Assembly (NCBI GenBank): GCA_964388035.1 | Contig: CAYLZE010000115.1 | Location: 1 to 16,090, forward strand | DNA from: an uncultured archaeon | GTDB taxonomy: Archaea; Asgardarchaeota; Lokiarchaeia; Sigyniarchaeales; SOKP01 | Reading direction: 5' to 3' | DNA length: 16,090 nucleotides | In this document: positions 7,624 to 15,312 of the stretch, one piece after another | How positions within the stretch are numbered: position 1 is the first letter of the stretch | Layout: each line of letters opens with the position of its first letter | Position numbers and translations under genes: made by a program | The notes under the pieces: model-generated | Told to the model about the DNA's origin: nothing | Database searches by the model: none | What the model saw: the letters and a program-made list of their open reading frames with translations, nothing else

Positions 7624-7654
7624 TGTTAAACGGATTATTATTCCTTGTTTAACA
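7624..7654. promoter_or_regulatory. Inverted repeat upstream of the RHH gene, candidate autoregulatory operator
   Basis: TGTTAAAC-N15-GTTTAACA, with related half-sites aaaggtaaaca (~7579) and aaaggttaaaaaca (~7604). Confidence 0.45.
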
Positions 7655-7679
7655 GTTTTAAGTAAAAAGTGAGTTGAGG

Positions 7680-7955
7680 ATGAAAGAAAAACGAGAAGAA
7701 TTTGTTGGGATAAGATTTACCACGAAAGAAAAACAAATTATTGATTCAATAGTGGAAAGAAGGAATTCAACACTTGCAGAATTCATTAGAGAATCAATAT
7801 TTACTCACATTTATAATTTAGAGAATTATAAGAATGAAATCAATTTAAAAAAAATGTATGATAATGTAAGAAATATGAAATCAAGTTTAGATAATTTATT
7901 TATAATATTCAGAGAAATGAAAAAAGAATTGGATCCATTTTACCTCCAAGAATAA
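7680..7955 (+). CDS. Ribbon-helix-helix (CopG/MobC-like) DNA-binding protein with coiled-coil tail
   Basis: EEFVGIRFTTKEKQIIDSIVERRNSTLAEFIRESI follows the beta-strand, helix, turn, helix RHH pattern. ATG 7680 preferred over TTG 7674. Confidence 0.75.
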   Translation: MKEKREEFVGIRFTTKEKQIIDSIVERRNSTLAEFIRESIFTHIYNLENYKNEINLKKMYDNVRNMKSSLDNLFIIFREMKKELDPFYLQE

Positions 7956-7971
7956 GAATTGAAAAATTGCT

Positions 7972-8670
7972 GTGATTAAATTGTCAAAAATATATTTATC
8001 AAATTTAAGTAATAGTGAGTTATTACAAGGGATAGCAAGCGTGGACCCTACTTTAATTTTATATATTTGCTTTTTGGGCGATCCTCAAACGTTTGCATCA
8101 CACATACTTGATGATGAAATTGATTGTCGACGTTTAGCTCAGAAATGGGATTTAACCGTCTACAATCCCCCAAAAGAAAGAAGAACTCATAGAGTGAACT
8201 GCATATTAAGAGCTCCTGGAAGACGAATATATAATGAATTAAAAAAGGAAGGTACTTGTGAAGAATTCCTAAAATTTTTCCAACAAGAAGATGAGAATGG
8301 AATTCATGTAAGTATTGATAGATCGCGCTTTAATCATCTTTTCAGAGAAAAATTTAGTTTTGAAAAAGATCCCGATGAAATTATAAGAAATAAGATTAAG
8401 GAAATTGAAACAGAATTTTATTTGAATTTACCTCCACCTAACTATCAATTATATGCAAAAAATCATGAGATAACATTAAAGTATTCAATCGTATTGGAAA
8501 AAATAAACTTTATTTTGGAAATTGCTTGTCATAGAGTCGAAACTCAAAGAATTGAGATTCCTTTTGAACAAAATCATTTTAGCACTTACTTACCATATAA
8601 TATGATTACATGCACAAATTGTAATGAATCATTCAAAATTTCATATGACTTTTTTCACCTTATACATTAG
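7972..8670 (+). CDS. Hypothetical protein with possible C-terminal Zn ribbon
   Basis: 232-aa ORF 16 nt after the RHH gene (likely co-transcribed). C-terminal ACHR...ITCTNCNESFKI. No family recognised. Confidence 0.65.
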   Translation: MIKLSKIYLSNLSNSELLQGIASVDPTLILYICFLGDPQTFASHILDDEIDCRRLAQKWDLTVYNPPKERRTHRVNCILRAPGRRIYNELKKEGTCEEFLKFFQQEDENGIHVSIDRSRFNHLFREKFSFEKDPDEIIRNKIKEIETEFYLNLPPPNYQLYAKNHEITLKYSIVLEKINFILEIACHRVETQRIEIPFEQNHFSTYLPYNMITCTNCNESFKISYDFFHLIH

Positions 8671-8774
8671 ACTTCAACATAATGAAAATAAAAAATGATA
8701 CTCTTTTTTATTTTTGATAATAATTATATTATTGAATAATGAATATTTCATTATAGTGAAAAAAAGGTGATTAA

Positions 8775-9305
8775 ATGAAGAAAGATCCTTTTGATATTAT
8801 AATCTCAATTATCTATAGTTTAAATTTATTGGAAGAAAATCGGGAATATAACATAAATGAATTGAAATCTATTACAGTTCTTGATAGGCATTGGCTTACT
8901 ATCCAAAAATATTTAAAAATTATAGAGAAAATTCAGAAATATTGTCCGAATATAGAGTTTGATGATTCAAAATTAATTATAAATGATTCAAAAATATATA
9001 AAAGATTTAGTGAAAAAGAAAAATTTATTATATATTTATTTAATCAAGGAGCATTAAATTCTGAAAATGCAGTACCAATACACGATGATATCGATTTTAG
9101 CGAGATTTCAGGATCAATTAATTATTTATATAATAAAACAGAGGATAACAGATTTTATTTGAAAGAAAGTGGATTAAACATATATCGGTTAATTAAGCAA
9201 AATCTTTCGGACCTCATTTTCAATGACAAAAAAATAGATGATGTATTTGAAAATAATAAGGGTTCTTTCCTACAACATTTGCCGAAAAGTGTGTCCCAAT
9301 CGTGA
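8775..9305 (+). CDS. Putative tandem winged-helix protein, possibly 3'-truncated
   Basis: SD AGGTGA before the ATG. N-terminal HTH YNINELKSI...HWLTIQKYLKIIEKIQKYCPNI, and a second wing-like motif NRFYLKESGLNIY. The last 14 codons fall in DNA of different composition. Confidence 0.65.
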   Translation: MKKDPFDIIISIIYSLNLLEENREYNINELKSITVLDRHWLTIQKYLKIIEKIQKYCPNIEFDDSKLIINDSKIYKRFSEKEKFIIYLFNQGALNSENAVPIHDDIDFSEISGSINYLYNKTEDNRFYLKESGLNIYRLIKQNLSDLIFNDKKIDDVFENNKGSFLQHLPKSVSQS

Positions 9306-9327
9306 GGGAGTTCGGAAAAATTTTTAA
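9255..9327 (+). pseudogene. Relic 3' end of a 4Fe-4S (epoxyqueuosine-reductase-like/ferredoxin-motif) gene
   Basis: The frame from 9271 reads YNICRKVCPNREGVRKNF-stop (TAA 9325..9327), a degenerate CxxCxxxCP motif. It is preceded in the neighbouring frame by NKGSFL. Confidence 0.5.
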
Positions 9328-9329
9328 TT

Positions 9330-9880
9330 TTAATATTGAGTCACCTTGAAATCGGTCTTGGCAAAGTTAATGGATTTTATCGCATTAGATACTTGTTCTT
9401 TTTCATCTGAACCATAAAGCACGAGAGGATCCCTGATCGCAATGGCATTTGGTGGAACGAAAAAGTTGGGGGGAACCACGCTATTGGCATGGACTAGAGT
9501 GCTTACCGCCACCGCTGCTCCAGAATGAATGCCCCTTGTAACACGGTTGCTCCCGTGGCAATATAAGAACACGATTCTACTTTACAGCCGATCAAAGTAG
9601 CATGTGGGCTAATGAAGACATTATCCCCGACTATCACGGGATACTCTTTATCTCCGGGCGCCGTAGCTCGAAGCACGGCATTTTCAGAGATCATGGAACA
9701 TTTTCTAATTTCGACTCTTGATCCTTCTGAATCAAGAATGGATCCGTACATTATCCTGGACCTTTCCTTTACCTTAACATTTCCGATAAGAACAGCTGTG
9801 GGGGCTACAAAGACAGAGGAATCTACCTCGGTTTTAAATTCTCGATGTTTAATTAAAATAAGGACCACCTTTTTTACCAT
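9330..9880 (-). pseudogene. Frameshifted gamma-carbonic-anhydrase-like (left-handed beta-helix, PaaY/CaiE/YrdA-type) gene
   Basis: Hexapeptide repeats VDSSVF/VAPTAV/LIGNVK...IATGAT/VLQGA continue in another frame as IHSGAA/VAVSTL/VHANSV/VPPNFF. The frameshift is at about 9531 (CAA GGG GC|ATT CAT). Confidence 0.8.
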
Positions 9881-9977
9881 GTATTTTTTTATATTAAGAT
9901 TTTTAATGATTTATCCAACTTTAATATCTTTTTGAATTTTTTATCTTTTCTTAGCAAGATCTTGGAGTAGATTCGTG

Positions 9978-9995
9978 ATTCCTTTGTAAAGGAAT
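9978..9995. promoter_or_regulatory. Inverted repeat, candidate operator in the divergent gap upstream of the SDR gene
   Basis: ATTCCTTT-GT-AAAGGAAT (perfect 8-bp arms), with a nearby 10-bp palindrome CAAGATCTTG at 9955..9964. Confidence 0.4.
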
Positions 9996-10096
9996 TAATT
10001 CTCTAATTTTCTAATGATTGATACGATACTTTTAAAGTGAATGAATTAACATTTCTTATAACCCATCTTTAAATAGACACGCTCTTATTGAAATAC

Positions 10097-10831
10097 ATGA
10101 AAACTACAAAAAACACGATCTTGGTAACGGGGGGAGCAACCGGGATCGGATTCTCCATCGCCACGCATTTTTTAAATGCAGGCAATGACGTCATCATCTG
10201 CGGGAGAAGAGAGTCCAAATTAAAAGAAGCACAAGATAAATTCCCGAAATTACACTATAAACAGTGCGATGTGACCAATACGGAGCAAGTCAAGTCTTTA
10301 TTCAACTGGATTATATCAAATTTCCGAGGGTTTAATATCTTGATCAACAATGCGGGCATCCAAAGGGCGGTGGATCTCAAGAAAGGAGTGGACCAGTTGA
10401 ACGGCGAAGATGAGATAAATATTAATTTAAGAACCCCTATCTATTTATCCATGCTTTTCATTCCCTTTTTGTTAAAACAAGAAGAGGCTGCCATTTTTAA
10501 TGTATCCTCCGGACTGGGGTTCGTGCCCATTGCGTCCATGCCGATTTATTGTGCCACTAAAGCGGCCATCCATTCCTTTTGCGTTTCCTTGCGATATCAG
10601 TTAAAAGACACGTCCATCAAGGTATTTGAAATTATCCCTCCTACCGTGGACACCGATTTAGATAAGGGCAGGAGAATTTCATATCGGGGTATAGAACCCT
10701 CGGAAGTCGCCATCGCCACCTTGAAAGCCATGAAAAAGGATGAGTATGAAATCACGGTGGGAGAATCCGAAGGACTGAAAACTGGTGCGATGACCAATTT
10801 TGACCAAGTGTTCGCCAGGATGAATCACTGA
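10097..10831 (+). CDS. Short-chain dehydrogenase/reductase (DltE-like SDR)
   Basis: TGGATGIG Rossmann motif, CGRR (NADP-type), LINNAG, NVSSGL, YCATKAA catalytic YxxxK and EIIPPTVDTDL. ATG 10097 preferred over TTG 10088. Confidence 0.92.
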   Translation: MKTTKNTILVTGGATGIGFSIATHFLNAGNDVIICGRRESKLKEAQDKFPKLHYKQCDVTNTEQVKSLFNWIISNFRGFNILINNAGIQRAVDLKKGVDQLNGEDEININLRTPIYLSMLFIPFLLKQEEAAIFNVSSGLGFVPIASMPIYCATKAAIHSFCVSLRYQLKDTSIKVFEIIPPTVDTDLDKGRRISYRGIEPSEVAIATLKAMKKDEYEITVGESEGLKTGAMTNFDQVFARMNH

Positions 10832-10869
10832 GCAAAGTAATCAAATTAAATGAAGCAAGGGAAATCCAA

Positions 10870-11607
10870 ATGGATAATAAAAACATCTTAGAAGTGATTA
10901 AGACCAGGCAATCTGCTCGATTTCCTTTTGATCCAAATCGGGTTCCCTCAAAAGAAGAGGTAAATCAAGTTTTAGAAGCAGCTCGGTGGGCACCCACGCC
11001 TCATAACATGCAGAATTTCGAAATAATCATCCTTGATGATAAAAAACTCCTGGAGACCATCGGGAACTTGAAATCGACCCTCTCGGAGGATTTCGTTAAG
11101 GAAAATTTTCTGCAGCTCTCCTTTTCGGAAGAGGAATTCAGGAAAAAGAAAGTAGGATTATTGGGCACGATGTTTCCTCCAGCCTTAAGAAAGCCAACCC
11201 TTCCTCCAGGAGAAATAATCACATCTACTATTGGACAATTCCTTCAATCATGCCCCCTCTTGCTCATCATTCTCTATGACCCGACTACACGAGCTCCCGC
11301 TTCGAAAGGTGATTTATTTGGCATTATGGGATTGGGATGCGTCATGGAAAACATGTGGTTAATGGCAGAATCCTTAGGCATCGCGTTTCACGTGATAACT
11401 GCTCTCAATCATGATCCCGTGGCAAGTGAAGTAAAAACCCTCCTTAATATTCCCACGAAGCTGCAAATTGTATTTAGCGTCAGGCTCGGATATTCCATCC
11501 CTTCTCCCTTTAAGTATTTACGAGTACGCCGGGACAAGGAAGATTTTGTTTATCATAATGGGTATAAAAAAAATAAATTAGAGAGCTTTTCTCGACTCAT
11601 CCAATGA
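10870..11607 (+). CDS. Nitroreductase-family FMN-dependent oxidoreductase
   Basis: IKTRQSAR, LEAARWAPTPHNMQ, GCVMENMWLMAESLGI and VRLGY. Lies 38 nt after the SDR gene (probable operon). Confidence 0.9.
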   Translation: MDNKNILEVIKTRQSARFPFDPNRVPSKEEVNQVLEAARWAPTPHNMQNFEIIILDDKKLLETIGNLKSTLSEDFVKENFLQLSFSEEEFRKKKVGLLGTMFPPALRKPTLPPGEIITSTIGQFLQSCPLLLIILYDPTTRAPASKGDLFGIMGLGCVMENMWLMAESLGIAFHVITALNHDPVASEVKTLLNIPTKLQIVFSVRLGYSIPSPFKYLRVRRDKEDFVYHNGYKKNKLESFSRLIQ

Positions 11608-11765
11608 TCTGAAGAAGTGGGGAATATATTTTTCCATCAATGAGTAAAATCTTCCTTCATTTTCTTGGTTTTATTGTTCATGAGCTAATTTCTATTGGAA
11701 ATTAAAAAAAGTAAGTAAAAAAATGGAAAAAACTTCAATTTAGAATTGTGGAGTATGTTTTTTAT

Positions 11766-12500
11766 TTATCTTTTTGATGAAGTTAAAGAAGCAATTAAGA
11801 ATCCACTGATAACGAGAGTTGGCCAATTTAATGAAATAATAACAAGTTCATAGGTATATTCTAGATCATTTCCCATAATTGACGTAAGAATGATGAAGAG
11901 ACTAATTACTGCTAAAAAGTTCACGATAAACATAGCACGTAATACTCGCTCAGTCCGAGAAGGTCCATTAAATACCATTGCTGTAAATAAAAATCCAGCA
12001 CTCATCATTAAATATCCTAAATCCTCTAAAGCAATAAAGAGCCCATGGGAATTATACTGAGTAAGAAGTGAGATTCCGTCCATCTCTCCTCTTATAACAC
12101 TTGGTTGAATTACCGAAAATTGTACGAAATAATCCATTACCAAAATAGCTGCAGAAATAAGTGCAAAATTTTGCCCAATGCGACCAAAAAGCTTCTTCTG
12201 GTCCATTGAATAATGATGGACAATCGTCATTACGATCAGGTAAAGAAGCATCATTATAATGGCGGGAATCATCCAAATATAATCAAATGGATAAAACTGA
12301 GCAATATCCGAATAGGGATACTCCACACACGGTCCGGGACAAGAGGGTCCAGCTTTTGGAATCGCCATAATCGCCAATCCAAAAGATACGATTGTCACCA
12401 AGCTCATCAAAAGTGCCATCCAATATCCAAATTTCCCTGCCTGTTTCCAATTCGAATTAAGCTTAATGTTGTTCGATTTTGATGGGTTATTATCTGTCAT
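11766..12500 (-). CDS. Hypothetical multi-pass (about 6 TM) membrane protein with a GPSCPGPCVEYPY loop
   Basis: Multiple hydrophobic segments, a Cys pair in the first loop and polar motifs DYFVQ, NSHG and ALEDLGY. Confidence 0.75.
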   Translation of the reverse strand: MTDNNPSKSNNIKLNSNWKQAGKFGYWMALLMSLVTIVSFGLAIMAIPKAGPSCPGPCVEYPYSDIAQFYPFDYIWMIPAIIMMLLYLIVMTIVHHYSMDQKKLFGRIGQNFALISAAILVMDYFVQFSVIQPSVIRGEMDGISLLTQYNSHGLFIALEDLGYLMMSAGFLFTAMVFNGPSRTERVLRAMFIVNFLAVISLFIILTSIMGNDLEYTYELVIISLNWPTLVISGFLIASLTSSKR

Positions 12501-12662
12501 TACTAATTTTAAATATCTTCCATTTGTATATATAATTTTTGTATGGAGATAATTGATATTGATTGCATTTCGTTAAATACCTGCTCTCAACACGGATCTC
12601 GTGGGAAGTGATGAAAAAAATCTCCTTCATGACTGAAAATAAGTAATTATTATCTTTTATTT

Positions 12663-12701
12663 AAAAAGAAAAAAAGGTAGCGCATGAATAGGTAATGCGC
12701 T
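12663..12701 (-). terminator. Hairpin plus U-tract terminator after the TPR gene
   Basis: AGCGCAT-N9-ATGCGCT (12679..12701), followed on the minus strand by acctttttttcttttt; about 20 nt after the stop at 12723. Confidence 0.6.
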
Positions 12702-12722
12702 TGATTAATTAAACATGATTGA

Positions 12723-13568
12723 TCACTCTACTCTCTCAAATTTATAATTCCCCGTTTTTCCCATTTCTTCCACCTGATCAGCTGTTTTATACTTTCCCTC
12801 CTTTTGTAGCGCTTCTAAGCTTTTTCTAACGTGTATAGTAAATTCATCCCAACTTAAGGAATCGATTTTCTTAATGATTTCTAGATCATGATTATTATAG
12901 TTTAATTTTTCTCCATTTTGGAATAGGGATTTGTCTAATTTTAAGTTCAGGGACTTTAAGAAGTAGCACCAAACATCTTCAAGTTTAAAGAACATTTCAG
13001 AAAAATTATCAAGCATTTCATCATTTATTAATATTTTTTGAAATCTCTGCTTCACTAAACTTAATTTCAGCGCGCCGCTGAAGCCTTCAGGACCAAATAA
13101 GTGAGTTGATTTTTCAAGATCCATCAATCTCTTTACTTTCCCTTCATGGATGCAAGTACCTGCGATTCTCTGCAATATTTTTTTATCATCTTGAAAAAAT
13201 TTCATGATTCTATCCCAGAGTTCTTTATCCTCAAAAATTAGAGAATAGTTCGTTTCCATTACCCCTCTATAATGCTTTTTTGCTAGGGGGATATCACCGC
13301 TTATTTGATGTAATTTAGCCAATATGAGGAGCGCATCCACGTCTTTGGGATCAATGTCCAAAATTCTTGCATTCATTTCCCGTGCTTTCTCAAGATTTCC
13401 GAGGTGCTGATAAATTATACCCGTGTTATATAAAACATCCGTATTCGAGGGATCCAACTCTAAAAAATGCAGTGAGAAGCTTAAAGCTTCCTCTTTTTTC
13501 CCCTCTCGCATGGATTTATTAATCTGCTCATGTAGTTTTTTTTTCTCGTTCTTATCTAACACTGACAC
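12723..13568 (-). CDS. Tetratricopeptide repeat protein
   Basis: About 3 TPR units (EEALSFSLHFLELDPSN / VLYNTGIIYQHLGNLEKAREMNARILDIDPKD / ALLILAKLHQISGDIPLAKKHY). GTG start with SD GGAGGA. Confidence 0.8.
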   Translation of the reverse strand: MSVLDKNEKKKLHEQINKSMREGKKEEALSFSLHFLELDPSNTDVLYNTGIIYQHLGNLEKAREMNARILDIDPKDVDALLILAKLHQISGDIPLAKKHYRGVMETNYSLIFEDKELWDRIMKFFQDDKKILQRIAGTCIHEGKVKRLMDLEKSTHLFGPEGFSGALKLSLVKQRFQKILINDEMLDNFSEMFFKLEDVWCYFLKSLNLKLDKSLFQNGEKLNYNNHDLEIIKKIDSLSWDEFTIHVRKSLEALQKEGKYKTADQVEEMGKTGNYKFERVE

Positions 13569-13597
13569 TGAACATCCTCCCTTTAATTATTGGTTAA

Positions 13598-14509
13598 TTA
13601 GATTTCCCCATTCATGGGAAGGACTTTAAATTTGGAAATGTGTTGCTCTAATCTTCTATGAATGGGACCCTCGCATGATCCTACATATTTTTTTCCAAAA
13701 AACGACATGCCGTACACGCGATAAGGTGCGTCGCTATCATCGCTCTCTTGAAGATCTAATTGGTCTGTTTTGGATTTAATGTTTAACGTGTCTAACCAAA
13801 AATTCTTCATTGTTCTCCTTCCGTTATAATGATCTTTCAGTGCCCGCGTGAACATGGAAATTAGTGATTCTTCTCGCCCTAAAATGCCACACTCGATAAG
13901 ATTTTCATACTTTACAAGGTCAGCCATGAATTGATGAATTTTAGTTGGTGTGGAGCATCCTAATTCTCTAAATATCTCATTGAATGGCGCACTCAAATTC
14001 TTCATCATTAAGCGCAAGAGTTTTTGAAATCGCAAGGGCGACACTAATAGCTTAAGTTCTTTTAAAGTAGGATTTAAAAACTCTTGGATGAAGGTTAGTC
14101 CGAAAAGTGATTCCTCTCTTACCTCTTGCCTAATGCCTTCCACGTAATTCTCGAGTTGGGATTTAAATTCCTTTAAATAATAATGCCGCATTTGCTTTTG
14201 ACGTTCACTATCATAGGTATAGTTGTCCAATTCATGCTGAACTTCCTCAAGTACCGCATCTTTACCTTCTCCTGGGAAATACCCGCCATGAGTCATGATG
14301 AGCACGCCTAACGCTAACGTTCCTTCATGATACTCTCGATTTAAAGCATGATCCACGATCTCGCTAATGTTGGCATCCAGTAATTCTGGCGTCAAGAGCG
14401 AACTATCCGCTAAATAGCGGTCTAAATCGATTCCACAAGTTTCCACTGCACGGGCTTCGATATCCAAATATAAATCGTTTCCTCCTATCGTTTGGGACCA
14501 TAAACCCAT
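13598..14509 (-). CDS. Hypothetical protein with DUF4259-like N-terminus and a partial GIY-YIG motif at the C-terminus
   Basis: Strong SD GGAGGAGGT. MGLWSQTIGGNDLYLDI resembles the MGxWG....NDxAxD start of DUF4259. The C-terminus reads YRVYGMSFFGKKYVGSCEGPIHRRLEQH. Confidence 0.65.
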   Translation of the reverse strand: MGLWSQTIGGNDLYLDIEARAVETCGIDLDRYLADSSLLTPELLDANISEIVDHALNREYHEGTLALGVLIMTHGGYFPGEGKDAVLEEVQHELDNYTYDSERQKQMRHYYLKEFKSQLENYVEGIRQEVREESLFGLTFIQEFLNPTLKELKLLVSPLRFQKLLRLMMKNLSAPFNEIFRELGCSTPTKIHQFMADLVKYENLIECGILGREESLISMFTRALKDHYNGRRTMKNFWLDTLNIKSKTDQLDLQESDDSDAPYRVYGMSFFGKKYVGSCEGPIHRRLEQHISKFKVLPMNGEI

Positions 14510-14703
14510 TTTTACCTCCTCCTTTTTATTTAATTTCCAAATGACTTTTTAAACTCTCAATTAAATTAGATCCTTATAAATAAAAAACCAATCATGAACT
14601 GATATTTGAGATTTGTCTTTGTGAAAAAACTCTATTTTTAGGATTTTATTAATTGGAACTTTATCGCTATTAAAAGTCTAATCTGTATATCGGTCAATAT
14701 TGT

Positions 14704-15312
14704 CTAAGAACCGATCTGGAGGATAACCTTCTTACTTTCTGGATCATATAAAATACCTTCGACAAATAAATCCTCTAAATAATGCCCCCAAATACCATAT
14801 TTACCTGAGCTCTCTCGACGATTATATAGGTTCTCATAAGTACCGGGATCTCCTACTTCTGCTGCTTCCTCATCATAGATTTTCTTATACCCCTCATAGA
14901 TGCTCCGATATAAATCTAATCGTGAAAAACCTCCCGCATGGGTATATTGAAATTCTGCTTTTTTCCTTAATGGGTAGGAAAAATTAATATATATCGTTTC
15001 TTCAGGGATAACAATTTCATGGGCATCCTTTAAGGTATTGCGCTCTTCTTCATCCATGTAATAATAAACGGGTGGACAACGAAAATGTTCCGTTTCTAAA
15101 TCTATTCTAATCTTCTCAGGTTCAAGCTTTCTCAATTTTTTACCAATATTTTGTGTTAATTCGCATCCAATAATATCAATCCCTGCCATAATATAGTCCC
15201 AATATTTTTCTAATCCCTCATCAAATTCAAACTGTCCGGAGATAATTTCTAAATCCGCTCTCACATCTGCTAATAATTTAATAATTTCATCAATAGACAT
15301 GTTTTTACTCAT
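14704..15312 (-). CDS. Conserved-looking hypothetical protein (YPL...IY.EE...GKYGIWGH..EDL motif)
   Basis: Acidic ORF with SD GAGGT, which favours the second ATG at 15312. Motif-rich C-terminal half: FSYPL, GFSRLDL, YKKIYDEE, NRRESSGKYGIWGHYLEDLFVEGI. Confidence 0.75.
   Translation of the reverse strand: MSKNMSIDEIIKLLADVRADLEIISGQFEFDEGLEKYWDYIMAGIDIIGCELTQNIGKKLRKLEPEKIRIDLETEHFRCPPVYYYMDEEERNTLKDAHEIVIPEETIYINFSYPLRKKAEFQYTHAGGFSRLDLYRSIYEGYKKIYDEEAAEVGDPGTYENLYNRRESSGKYGIWGHYLEDLFVEGILYDPESKKVILQIGS

Noticed and set aside
9525-9540. Programmed -1 ribosomal frameshift in the gamma-CA-like gene
   Set aside because: No canonical X XXY YYZ slippery heptamer is present, and a -1 shift would leave the hexapeptide repeat one residue short.
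9330-9572. ORF 9330..9572 as an independent gene
   Set aside because: Its first residues are out-of-frame sequence; the rest is the frameshifted second half of the gamma-CA-like gene.
11686-11704. TAATTTC-N5-GAAATTA hairpin between convergent genes
   Set aside because: A weak AT-rich stem that could easily arise by chance; it may aid termination but is not supportable.
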